Below the pieces are notes generated by a model. The model saw only the letters and a program-made list of their open reading frames with translations. It ran no database searches and was not told the origin of the DNA. A DNA stretch of 63,344 bases, counting the filler, from Choristocarpus tenellus KU-1152 (lineage: Eukaryota > Protista > Phaeophyceae): assembly GCA_964200185.2 (NCBI GenBank). It is 12 parts of 12 records of this genome, joined end to end, with 100 filler letters (N's around TTAATTAATTAA, not from the genome) between each part and the next. Parts side by side here need not be neighbours in the genome. Positions count along the whole stretch, not along the records: positions 9,545 to 13,680 come from CAXNAD020016039.1; positions 13,781 to 26,444 come from CAXNAD020001749.1; 10 more parts are not named here. One strand, written 5' to 3'. The position numbers and the translations under genes are program-made. Shown here piece after piece: positions 11,979 to 24,899 of the stretch; positions within the stretch are counted from its first letter, which is position 1, and the number at the start of each line of letters is the position of its first letter.

Positions 11979-14609
11979 TATAATCAACTCTGCTACGGAC
12001 AAGAGCTGCTTGTTTTCCAAAAATATCAATCATTTGTAGTACAAGGTTAATACTGTCCCAAGTCTATGATCAATGCACTCTCTAATAAGCGATGTTGATA
12101 GAGTTTAGAAAAAGAGGGGTATAGCACCACACCATAGAGAGAGAGGTGGGTAATGCTCAATTTTTGGGCCAGAAAGTTGGGTGGTGTGCACTTTTTGGGT
12201 GTCCTATTGGCTCAGTGTTAAAACATTGTTCTTTACATTTTGTGTTAACCCCCTTTGACACAAGCCTTCTTTTCAGGAATATTTGGTTTCGATGAATCAA
12301 AGTCAGTCCATATGGCAACCAGCACGGATTATACTCCTATACTATCATATCTGCTGTTGTGCCATAAAAAATGTCGTAAACCAAATAATAGGTGGCAAGT
12401 TGACATTATGGAGCAATGCTTAGACAGGACTGGCACAAGAGAGGTGGAGCGACGAGCGGTGAGATGGCTGAACCCAATACACCGGAGGGAAGGTATGGAT
12501 GGAGGCAGTGCAATAGCTCATAGTGTAGTGTGTACCGCCTCTGACAACGGGTTGAGATTGTCCGCAGGCAGAGGTGAACGATAATATCAATAACAAGTGA
12601 CCTCCTTGAACTATGTTTAGATTGTAGAGTGTGTGTGAAATGCGTTCAATTGTTGTTTGGAAGGAAAATACAGCGATATAAGAGGTAAATAGTGTAACGA
12701 ATCATGGATCAGGCGTGGTAGAATTACTGAATAGTAGCATCCCTTTTTCCCAACAACTATCATTTGGATGTTGGGGTTTTTCATGTTTTGCCTTGATTGC
12801 TGCTACTACGACATGAGTTGTTGGTGAATCTGTAGATAGTCCCCCACCCCACCCCACCCCACCCCACCCCACTCCCAACCCCCATTTCATGAATTTGGCA
12901 TGTAGAAATGTGTAGCGTTTAAGATCGTTAAAGATCAGGCTATCAAGATCTCTGTATAAGCAAGCTTGCTTTGTTGAGTGCGCTCTCCATTTATTGATTT
13001 TAGGAGGATCTCCCCTTGCCTTGCATTAGGTTTACTTCCAACTCAGGAGACCCGGGCAAACAAAATATTTACTTCAACTCTGGAATAGTGGGGAAGCTGG
13101 TTGACTTAGGGTTAGGGTTTATTCCTATGAGAGAATCACTAAAAGGACTACAGGGACACTGTTGCAAATCCATACCCCTAAAGCTAACCAATATTTTATA
13201 GTTGCAAAGTTTCCAGATATTCCTAGACTTTCAGCTACTGCCAGCCTATATAGCTAAACCAGAGGGTCTAAAGGCATTCAATTATCATACAGTATCCTAT
13301 GTTGCCCTGGCTCTGATTGTTGGTATGTATGCTGTTGGAATAGGTCAAAAGAAATGGATTCCCTTCCACTTCATGATTTAGTATCCCTTTCACTGTACTG
13401 CTACTCCAAACACACAGGCCCATAGCATTCTAGAGGGTGGGAGGTGTTTAGTTTAGGTCGTCCATTCGGGGCTTGATGGGGTAACTGTAAAACATCCCAG
13501 TTTAATGCCAATTTTGCAGGTGATTTTTATTTGGATTTGATCCAGGCAGGAATATAGAAAAGGTACGTCCAGATGAAAGAAATTGTCCTTACATCTGATA
13601 CATTCACTCAGATGATGTGAAAATCACTTAAAGGCCACAAAAGCCCCCAATGGACGCCCGACCCCCCACTAGGATACTATNNNNNNNNNNNNNNNNNNNN
13701 NNNNNNNNNNNNNNNNNNNNNNNNTTAATTAATTAANNNNNNNNNNNNNNNNNNNNNNNNNNNNNNNNNNNNNNNNNNNNTTGTTCGGGGGTCCTCTTGA
13801 TCTAGCCTTCCTCGTCTTGTCCCCCAGCCTCAGGTTTCCTCATTCGATTCAATACTGTTCATTCCTTCTCCCCTTGTGCCTCCGTCAGCCACCTATTTTC
13901 TTAACCATTCAATCTTAACTCTTCGTTCCCTCCTTAATACTTATATTTCTTTACTGTCCCCTTCCTTGCCCTGTGCCCCCAACCAACCAGAATCCTTCCG
14001 CCCACAAAACTCAGATTACTTCATAAACTTTCCCATTACACCAATACCGTCATTTTCATTATGATTATGCCCACCAACGTTTAACCGATGTTGCTGTTCA
14101 GGAATTTATAGATAATAAATGTAAGGCAAAGAATGCAACAAATACAGTAAGTGCAACAAGAACAGGTTTTTACTTACAGGAAAGTCGTATTGAATACATC
14201 AAAAGACCCAAATCAATCTAGAGGTAGGCAGGGTTGCATTCTAAAGACCCCTAGAAAGGGCAAACTACGGTATTTTGCATCATTGTAGACAGGACCTCTG
14301 CTTAATTATAGTGCAACGTTGTATGTGGAGAGGTGGAATGTCAATTTCGCGTACACTATTGTATACATAAAGCAATGAAATAAGAGTGTATTAGATACAG
14401 CAAGAAAGATGGCTTAGAATTGTGGAAGGTTTCAAACCTGCCTACCCTCTCAATTTTATATGTTACAAAATACGAGTATAAATGTGTATGATATATGTTA
14501 CGTGAAAACAAGAAAGCAACTGAGACAACTAGAGTTGAAACTGCTCCGAACTGATGTCACGAAGGAGGTCTAGAAACAAGGGAAGAGTCCCACGAGTCAA
14601 TCAAGCCTA

Positions 14610-14868
14610 GAGTGAAAGTATCTTAGATGGTACAAGTTTTACCCTGTTTGTCCATTTGGGACTTGGCTTCCCATGAGTATTATTATTACATTTTCCTACT
14701 CCAATTTTTTTCGGGGTAGGTGAAATATACGTGATATGAAAAAGTGTGACCGGAACATGGATATTGACTTTTCCTAACAAACACGATATCCAAAATTACA
14801 TCAAAATCGCAACATTCGATTTTGGCCCTCAGACGGATGCAGCTTTACCCTCTAAGATACTTTGGCCC
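14610..14868. mobile_element. MITE family A copy, TSD CTA
   Basis: TIRs GAGTGAAAGTATCT / AGATACTTTGGCCC, with CTA on both flanks. Confidence 0.8.
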
Positions 14869-14989
14869 CTAATCTAGCCCATATACCCAGTGCCTCCAAT
14901 TCAAACTACATGACACGCCTGGAGATTGAATTTGTGCAGTGACCGGACAATACAATCTTTTGTAGGCATGCCTCACTGATCCCTTCTGA

Positions 14990-15525
14990 CTGAACCCTTC
15001 AGCCCCCCTACCACCCATAACATGACTCATCAAGTTGTCAGTCCATCCAACAATTGCTCTGCCTGTGTTACTAGACTCCTGAAGCTTTCCACCGCAAAGG
15101 TGTTGAGACTAAAGCTATGAGGAGGGTCAAAAGCTCCCTTGTTGTAGTGGTTTCACTTCCAGGCCTCGGCTGCAGTGGCAGTGATGCTATTGTTTGCCGA
15201 TAATTGTTGAAGATGGCAATCCATTTGGACCTCTACGAAGGCCACCTTCAGTAGGTAAGAAGTCCTTTTCCCAGTAAGGAGCAGCGAGTGACTGTGTTAG
15301 ATAGTTGCCCAGCATGGAATACTATATCCACACGGACGCTACGGTTGATGGTGAAGGGGCTTCCATCCTCCAGGGTGCAGGGGACACCCATCTGCTTGCA
15401 GACATTGTCCAGTTGCCTGAAATAGTAGGAGAGCACTACTGTACCTGTCTTCCAGCCCTTCGGTATGTATGCGTTAAAGGTGAATAGCGCGAGCATTTCT
15501 TTTCGCATGCCAACATGCGCCAACA
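14990..15525 (-). mobile_element. Degenerate RLE (restriction-like endonuclease) domain of a non-LTR retrotransposon
   Basis: EDGSPFTINRSVRVDIV...GKGLL, then after a frameshift ATAAEAWK*NHY...FSLNTFAVESF. This fits the R.DI / AA..AE..K...Y / F.VESFG layout of RLE LINEs. Confidence 0.7.
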
Positions 15526-17177
15526 GTATGCATATGTAAGAATTCTTACAAGAGGAACGTTGAATTGATAAGAGACGAGGAGTAAAATTTGAGATGCATA
15601 TATTACCTCACAGAATAGACATTGATCCCTGGAAGTTGCAGAAAAGTTCTATAATTTGAGTACATAGACAACAGCTTGTAGATATCTTTTGACTTATAGT
15701 CTGAAGAGATTGGGTGAATGATGAATATATGAGAAGGCCTTTTGGATGAGATGATCCTTCACCTCTTCATCAGTCTTTATCTTGAACAACACATTGAGTC
15801 GAGCTTTGAGCTACGTACTGAGTGGAGTATCGAGAGAAGGCTGTCTGACGCCGAAGAAACTGGTTTTAGAGGCAACGCCTCTATAGCGTCATTCTAAGGT
15901 CGTTGGATTTGAGTTGTACATCCTATGGATGGTACTGATGCACGTATATAACTCCTGATGCACAAGTCGTCAAGTATGCTGGATCTTTCACTCGGATTAT
16001 TATCAATATCATCGTATAAACAGGAACTGGTCAACGATGTCTTATCACAATTGGAGACCATAATGACCAAATAACAGATAAATAATCAAGAAGTACAAAT
16101 GTATAAAATCTAGGACTTCAAGGTCATAATGTTGTTTATTAAACCGCCATCAAGACATATCGCCTGTAACATATGTGCGTGATCAGTGTATTTTTCAGAT
16201 TGTACCATAAACCATATGGAAGGTCTCTCTGTTTCGACCCACGCTCGATCTATGCTTGATGGATCAATAGCATTGAAATGTTCAACAAGGCCTACTACTC
16301 GTTAGAAACACGAATTTCCACCCTGATTCATTCTGCGGGAGGGTATAATTTCAGCTCATCATAGTAGTGGTGGTTTATTATGAATTGCGTAAATAGTATT
16401 ATTGATTTAATAAATAGTAGTGGTACATTACGTATTTCATATTGACATATATTTTATTTATGTGATTGTACACTTTAGTCTGGGAACTTGTTTTCCACTA
16501 CCTCTTCAGTATCTGACTCTTTCACTCGTCTTCAGATGGCAGTACACACTGCATTATTTCTTTTACCTCACGAACTAACTGTATACCTTTCTATTTTGCG
16601 CTAATAAACCAAAAAAACGGACGGGCGGAAAATGTCGATCGCGGTGGCGAAGATTAATTGCAAACAAAAGGAGGAGGCCGAGTGACAAGGGGGAGAAATG
16701 CTGAAGCCAACACGAGAGAAAATCAAGGCATGCACAGCGCAGTACATTAGTTGTAAGTTGTAGTACAACAGGTGTATTTTCCCAATTCGTCTTCCATGTA
16801 TGTAGTCCATCAAAGTCAAATCCAAAGTTGAGGTTTGTTTTCATACCAGGACTCGAACCTCGAGATTCCCGTGATGCAAAGATATACCTTTATCGGTTCG
16901 TTTCAGTTAAGCTAATCCTCCATCCAGAATTGTCAACTTCGGTTTATTCACTTTCTTGTGAAAAAGCTATGGTTGGCCCAGAGACAGAGGTTGGGAAGGA
17001 CTGCTATTTGACATAATTTGAGAAGGTCGGGAGTCCACCCTTCTCTTGAATGTTGCAGGCAGAGAGAAGGCAGTTATTGCAATAGTTTTTCCAAAGCTGA
17101 GGATTCGAGGGGCCTAAGAGGCTCAACAATATTGCAACTAAGGAGGGGCGAACGCCGTTCGTGTCAAGAAGACAACC

Positions 17178-20100
17178 ATGAGTGAGTTCGCCTTAGATTG
17201 TTGACCCTTAAGTTCAAAGGTTTGTAGCTGTCTCCATACTAGAAGTGAAGGAGCGATGGTGGAAAGGTGCTTCCTTCTCCTTAGGACTGGAGGATTAATG
17301 GAGATGCACTTATAGCGATGAGATGGTGTGACTGGAACCGAAGGCCAGTCCTAGCATGCTAGGGTTGTTGAACCAACCCTCTCGATAAGTCAGAGAATAG
17401 AAAGTCCTTGGTATAATTTCCTCGCGTTTTTTTTGTCAGTCGGTGTCTGATCGTTGTCCACAGTCACCTGACTTCCGCAACCTTGCAATCCTTATCGCCC
17501 TAACTCCATCCCTCTCTTCACTTTTGTTGACACCTTCTCCCATCATAGAAGGCGAGACGAAGAAGAAGTCGAAGAGCCCTAAGGATGAGAAGATGAGAGA
17601 AGAAGAAGAAGGGGCGGGCCCGGCAGCAGCCACAGAGTTCATGATAAGGCCACAATCGGTTAAGCCGAAGCTGGATACGTCGAAGTGGCCTTTACTCCTC
17701 AAGAACTACGATGAACTTCACACTCGTTCCTCGCACTACACCCCAATCCCTAGTGGCTGCTCCCCCCTGAAGCGAGAACTCAAGGAATACATTCGGTACG
17801 GCGTAATCAACCTTGATAAGCCTTCTAATCCGTCCTCCCACGAGGTGGTCGCGTGGGTCAAGCGCATCCTCCGAGTCGAGAAGACGGGACATAGCGGGAC
17901 CCTTGACCCCAAGGTTACCGGCTGTCTAATCGTGTGCATCGATCGGGCCACGCGTCTGGCAAAGTCCCAGCAGAGTGCAGGGAAGGAATACGTAGGTATT
18001 GTCCGCTTCCACAGTGCTGTGGAGGACACTGGGAGAGTGGCGAGGGCGGTGGAGACTTTGACCGGGGCATTGTTCCAGCGCCCGCCCCTCATCTCCGCCG
18101 TCAAGCGGCAGCTTCGAATTCGCACCATCTACGAGAGCAAACTTATTGAATATGATGAGGCTCGTCACCTTGGTGAGAGATCCTGACAAACCAGATCGAC
18201 TATTTTCACACGTCCCTCATAGAGGTAAATGACCTGTCGATTCGGGATGTGGATATGTTGGGGTTGGGTAGGGGAGAATCGCTACATTTGCTGGTAAAGG
18301 AAGTGGTGCTTATAATGGCGATGTGTACTTGGCAGGTTAGCCAATCCTCTTCAGGGAGCACATTTTCCATAGAGTATACAGTAGTGGGTCCATGTACTAT
18401 TTGATCCTATTTACATTGTCAAGATAAACACTTGTTCCTTCCTCGCTGAAATGAAATGAGTGCTATCATAATGATCCCTGATGTGCAGTATGCTTATCCC
18501 TCAATAATGATAAAATTCAACCCAACCTAACCCAACCCAACCCAACGCGCAAAAATCTAACAAGGAATCGTCTGGGTTAGCTGTCAGGCTGGCACTTACG
18601 TGCGCACTCTCTGCGTTCACCTGGGCCTGATTGTTGGTACGGGGGGCCATATGCAGGAGCTGCGCCGTGTGCGGTCTGGAGTCATGAGTGAGGACTCCAA
18701 CCTTGTAACCATGCATGATGTGCTAGATGCACAGCACATGTACGATTCTCACAAGGATGAGACTTATCTTCGCAGGACAATCATGCCCTTAGAGGTACAG
18801 TCCATTTTGTGAGGGCATGTGAAGTAGAGGGGAAGAGACTGCATGACTAGGGGTTTATTTGGTGAAGACGTGGATGCATTTTCCGCTCTGTGTAGTGATG
18901 TTTGCCAGTGTGCATCAGAGCTGGATTGAGAGGGTGAAAATATATCATGTAGGCAAGAGATCCTAATGACCTTCCCATTTTGGGGTTGCTTTTTGTTTTT
19001 TCTGCAACCAATTGCAGTGGTCATGTTGCATAAAGTGATCTCGGAGTTGAACATGGTGCCATGAATACACTAACACTTCCTTGAACCATGTTTTTGGCTA
19101 TCTCGTTTAGTTTGTTGAGTCAATGAAGGGCTTAGCTCCTGTTGAGGTTGATGTTGTGGATCATGCTTCAGCTACAATTTGATCATGTAATTGCTGAACA
19201 AGTGTGTGTGTGTGTAATGGCGCTTTAGAAAACTCAAGTGCCCTCTGTAGGTCAACATTTCTGTTAGGATATAGCCTCAAATGTTTCTCACACATTATTT
19301 CTACCTACACCTTCCTCTACTGTGCCTGTGTCGCAAAACCCCCACCCCCCCCACTAAATCAAATCCTTTCAGGTTCTTCTAGTAACGTACAAGCGCATTG
19401 TGGTTAAGGACAGCTCTGTAAACGCCATATGTTATGGTGCAAAGCTCATGATCCCAGGCCTCCTGCGCTTTGCTGACGACATTGATCTAAACACAGAGGT
19501 GGTGATGATGACTACCAAAGGAGAGGCTATTGCTGTTGGCATCGCACAGATGACCACTGCTGTCATGGCAACATGTGACCATGGCATGGTGGCCAAAATC
19601 AAGCGTGTGATCATGGAGCGGGACACATATCCCCGGAGGTGGGGGCTGGGACCAACTGCACAAAAGAAGAAGTCAATGATCAAGGACGTGAGTAAATCCT
19701 ACCCCTCCCCCCCACCCCATTTATCTTCTTGTTTGCTTTGGATGTGTTCCCCATCCAGAAGCACTTTAAGTGTGATAGAACAGTCCTCTTTGCCTTGGTG
19801 TGTAGTGTCCAAGTCCCTCCTCTCTCCCTGCATAGTCCTTGTTTTCCCTCAGGGAGAGAGCTTGATACTCCTAACCCCCTCACCCTAATCAACACAAATT
19901 ATTCAGGAAATCCTTTTGACCTCCTGTCCTCCCTGGCCACCTTCCTCTCCTCTCCTTGACTTGCCTCACAATGTCCCCCGCCATGCCCTCCATAACTAAT
20001 TCATCCATATTGCAGGGGAAGCTTGATAAGCATGGTCGAAGCAATGAGAATACTCCCAAGGATTGGAAGGATGGGTATAATAACTTTTCTGACAAGAAGG

Positions 20101-21423
20101 CTATAGTTGCATTTGGTGCAACGGCAGGGGCTGGGGAGGATGGGGGGGCTATTACCAATACGAATGGAACAGCAAGTCCAGTGGCATCACCAGGCGAGGT
20201 GAAGGTCAAGCTGGAGAAGAAGATCAAGAAGGAGAAAAAGGTCAGCAGGGGCATGGCACCAAATGGTTGGGGGGGGGAGGCATACTGGATAGGAGTGTTG
20301 CTTAGTTGTGCTGTGGTAATCAACTTATTTAAGAGGATTTTGAAAGGAAACAGTCATGTCATGCATATTTCTTATTCAGGTAGTGTTACACATGAGGTTT
20401 CATTTGTAGGTACTATTTCCAGTAGTGTACTGTATTGTGACAATTGTTCCAGACAGCTTGATGTAAGGCATAGCATGTATATTTTGTGTTGTCTCATTCA
20501 CTGTTGGTAGGGGGTTTAATTGGGAGTGAGATTTTGATGTCAAGATGTCACAGAACCTGAAGAGTCTTTTGGGGGGGGGTACAGAGGTGCAGGTGATAGT
20601 CCTGACAGTCCTAGTCTTTTCCATGACATGTTTTTTTGTTCACTCCAAATATTGTTTGAAGTTTTTGCATTGATTCATCCATGAGAGGGGTGTGTGTTGT
20701 TGTTGGTGGGCACTGTACCCTATCCTCTGTTGTGACAAAAAAGAGTGACTTGCAGGGACGCATACACCCTGAGAGCCTTGTCGATATATGTGTCTGGCGG
20801 GCTGAGATGGTAATGGGGAGAGTTAGACTGCTCAAATTGCCTGCAACATTTTAGAGTATACTTATGGGAGTGGTAACAGGAGTACTGGCCTCAGAAAGTG
20901 ATGAGCATTAATGCTTACTTACATAGTGCATGTACTTGTTGCCCTGAATCCCAAATAGTGAGATCATCCCCAAACACTTGTTATTCTTCGTTTGTGCATA
21001 TACATGAATGTGTTGTCTGAGTAAGTGGATGTGTTTGTGCTTGTGATATCTTTCAATCAATTTCAAACCTTGAATTTTACTGCTACAATACTTTATCCTA
21101 CTGTTTGTAGTATGACTAGGAGATAATTAGCTACTTTTTTTGTGATTTGTCGAGATTATTTTTTTGCCCACCCTACGAGATTCAATGTTTTTGTTCATTC
21201 CCCACCCCACCCCACCCCACCCTCGGCCCTGTATTTTTCCCATTTCTCCCAATAGGATAAGAAAAAGAGTAAGGAGAAGGCTGCAGAGGGTGCAGGGGAA
21301 GGGACAGGGGAGGGGGAGGAGAAGACTCCTAAGAAGAAGAAGCGTTCTGTAGAGGGGTCAGAGGGGGGAACAAGCACAGAAAAGAAGAAGAAGAAGAAGA
21401 AGAAGATGGATAGCGAAGACTGA
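17178..21423 (+). CDS. CBF5: H/ACA snoRNP pseudouridine synthase (dyskerin/Cbf5), complete 6-exon model: 17178-17181, 17549-18172, 18565-18794, 19373-19687, 20016-20240, 21256-21423
   Basis: Diagnostic motifs [27 protein letters not shown], catalytic [22 protein letters not shown]-domain [14 protein letters not shown]...[11 protein letters not shown] and a Lys-rich tail ending TGA at 21421-21423. All introns are GT..AG with compatible phases. The 4-nt first exon is less certain than the rest. Confidence 0.96.
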
Positions 21424-24400
21424 GTACTTTTTTTATAATCATGATGGATGGAATCTTGAATCCTTTCCCAGTGGTGTAGAAGGGGAGGTAGGAGGGAGCA
21501 GCAGTATCTATCATGTTGAGGGCTGGATGGTTGCAAGGTGATGAAGCTTGAGGTGATCGTTTTTCAGTTGTTAGAATAGCTCACCAAGGATAGAGAAAAA
21601 GGTCTTTAATGTCTGATAGAGGGGTGCTACGGGATGTGTTGGTGGATTGGGGGGTCTCATGTGGTTTGACTTTGACTGCTCAACCTCTTGTCTCCACCTG
21701 GGTTTGAAGATCTATATACAGGTCAGGAACTATGAAAAATTCCCTTCTGTTTCTCCCCCCATCCAACCCCACCCTCACCTTCCTTGGTTCACCTTGATTT
21801 CCTTGATAGTATGCATGTAGTTAAATCAGAAGTGTTCTATTCAAGAGGACTGGCTTTCTCAAATCTCATGTCTGTTTCCCATTTGTTGGAATTTAGGGGA
21901 CTAGATGATGTCTTCTTCTTGAAGGGTGATGGCAGCTATACTAGAATAACAGAGCAGTAGTGCAGGAGTCAACCTGGTGCAAGCATGAAATATATGACCA
22001 ATGTGTTGAGGCTTCAGATTCCGGTATAGTCTGTGGTATGGTGCTTGCTGTGCAAAAAGCAAAGGTGAAGCGATTGTTGGAGGAGGATCCAAGGCCTTTG
22101 TTTTTATTTGGCAGTGTATTTTTATTAAAAATACCCTGCAATAGTTTCCTTACTTTAAAGAAAAGTGTTGGCCGGAAGTAGCAGATAAGTAATGAGACCT
22201 GTTTGTAGACTCAAGTATGTCTGCTCCATTGACACAGGCATCTTCATTACTCGTGAGTCTCCTATTTTGAAGGGATCCTGACTTGTAGTGGCACCCTATG
22301 CCCTGCACTTGCATTGTTATAGGTTGCTCTGTAGGGAGTGACTGTGATCCTTGAGGTACTGTAGTTCTGCTGTATCAGGAAGGACTAAGTGTAGTAACAA
22401 CTACAGTGCCAAGGTGTATCTTCTTGTGAAGTATCTTGAGACCTTGAGAGTTCGTGAGAATCTTCGTTTTATGAATTCAGAACCTGAGTACTGTGGTGAA
22501 ATATGGCAATCCGAGAATGGATTTAGACTGTAACGCTTGTGACTGTGGGTAGATGATACTGGAGATGGGCTTAGGTTTAGTTTAAATGAAGTTTGTGAAC
22601 GTTGTGCAGGTGTATGTCCAATTTCGTGCGGGCATAAAGAATAGGAAATATTTTATGCTTCTGCTGTGTTTCTCGTTGGTGTTTCATGTCCCAGGAGAAA
22701 AAACTGAAGTAACCATAAAAACTACACACTTGACATTCAAGCGAAGGTTTAAAGAGTCCATAATTCCTTACAACATGAGAGTGAGTTTGAAGAAGTACTA
22801 GTCTCTGGTAACCTGGCCTCTCAACTGACAATATTGCCTGCACCTACTTTTGACTACTTTTAAATGTGCAGTTCACAAGGAGACGTGTAACACAGTGTTC
22901 CTTGTCGAACAATTTGACCGCATGTCCTGGCTGCCCTTGGTGCGGTTGACATTGGCTTGAGGGTGATGGTTAGGAAGATGTTTGTGAGGGTGTGCCCACT
23001 GTACACTGTCTTGTCCTGCTGGTGTGAGGGACAGCAGTGCTCTATGTGGCAGCATGTAGCCACCTTTGCTTGTACCTCTTTGCTAGTGACACTCATAATG
23101 GAGACTGTGATGGCAGGGGTCTAATAGTGTAATCTTGTGATCCTGGCTACTAGGTTCACCTCCCTAACTTCACATCATGAGATAATTCCAGCTTTCAATG
23201 TTTTTATTATAGGTGCATCCAAGTGGGTAGTGTGTGCATGTGTCGTTTTATACTACATTGCATATTTTGGTTGCAATTGTTCCATTGATGGCTGTGCGCT
23301 CTACTTCTGTCTGTGCGTCACTAACCTAGACTAAAATTTACTAGGAGTATATTCCAAGCAAAAGGCAGTGTGGCATCAAGTTACCATGTAATAATAATTT
23401 AGTGTCTCCCTAGTGGGTCAATGCTACAGTAGTAATGGTAATCTGAGAGAACCCTACATACATAATATGTAGCACAGAACAAACAGGGTCTTTCATTGCC
23501 GATCTCTCTCTTTTAAAATGGCCCTTTTTCTACAACATCAGCAACTTTCAACACCTAATGAAAGAGCAAGGTACCTGCCAAGCTTAACAAAACATTTTTT
23601 TTCCAGTAGTTCGATCACCAGCTCACGCACTATGATCTGCCATTGGGAGCCCTGTTGAGCACTGACAACGAAACCCTTGTTCAAAACGTCCCATATATAT
23701 ATATATATATACGCATACAACTTCCTCTGTTCGGAGTTAAAATGTAACATAACTTTTGTAAGGTCTGTTCTCGCCCACGAATGACCCACACGAATAAACC
23801 TTCTGGATGAGGCTTAGTCATGATATAGATTGGGAGGTGTGCAAAGTTTGAGATGGCGGACTGTCATGACTGTGGAGGATCACCAGTTAAAAATCAACCA
23901 AGTCACATATGATGGGGTTCAACCACCTCATAAAACTAGGTAGGGGGTGTTTATTGAATTCCTAGGTCGAAGGCCCCTTGTCATTCAAGCGGGTCACTCC
24001 ATCACTTTTCATTGGGCCAGCAAATAACAGAATCCTGTCCACCAGTCTGACTGGTCTCACAATTATTTTACGTGTCCCAGTCCATGTTCACTAGGTATTG
24101 AACCAGACCATGTCCATGTCCTGACCGGTCCCACAATTACATATGCTGGTCCATGTCCGCTAGGTATGGAACCGGTCCATGTCCACCAGCCTGCCAGTCT
24201 AACTTTTTTGTGGATATCCGGACCATCACTGGCCATCAGTACAGTTTTTCCCTGGCATGTCCGGACCATACCCACTGCTTGCTATACAAGTGTGAATATG
24301 AGACATCCGCATACATCCACAAGTAGTCACAATTCACCTTAGACACCCAACAATGTATTCGTACTAAATCGCAATATAAATATTCAAAATAAAACAATAC

Positions 24401-24899
24401 AATATAATATAGAATCACTATATATAATATAGTCCTTCCAGTAGAAATTTGAAATTTAGGATACGATATTGAAGAAGAGTGGTAAATTATAAAATAAGAG
24501 GCACGGCCATGACGTGGCCGACCCAAGACTGTTTTTTTGTTTACCTGATTGCCCATAGATAAAATGTTCTAACATGTCTGAGACCATCGCCATCGCTTAC
24601 TCAGCATGACTGGGGCTGCGACTGACCATCTATAACCAAGTTCAAACACGACCCGGTCTATGGCCATTGACTCTTCTAACATGGGCGGGCTATGGACTGG
24701 GCTGCGGCCATGTGGGTGACAGTGGACATACTAACTGCCTGGTCCGATGAAATGACCTGGCTCGCTCATCCCGTTGTCACCTGTCTGTCCCAATTCTTCA
24801 GCCCAGAAGTCTGTCCGGGGACAGGACCCAAACACTTGAACGATGAACAATGTGGTGGTGTGATGCCTGAAGGTGAGAGGGTGCGAGACTCAGATGCCT

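Noticed and set aside
11645-12039. Proline-rich or glycine-rich (formin/extensin-like) ORFs, also at 6042-6278
   Set aside because: They derive from poly-C/G tracts of MITE family B and contig ends.
15600-16700. Gene divergently transcribed from the CBF5 promoter
   Set aside because: The CpG-rich patch at ~16600-16740 and some minus-strand donor-like sites are suggestive, but the frames contain stops and no product is recognisable.
16838-16920. Intact tRNA gene
   Set aside because: A B-box and T-arm are present, but no acceptor stem or convincing D and anticodon arms.
18173-21255. Intronic snoRNAs in CBF5 (vertebrate DKC1 hosts H/ACA snoRNAs)
   Set aside because: No convincing C/D box pair with a terminal stem or H/ACA double hairpin could be seen by eye; an Infernal/snoReport scan is needed.
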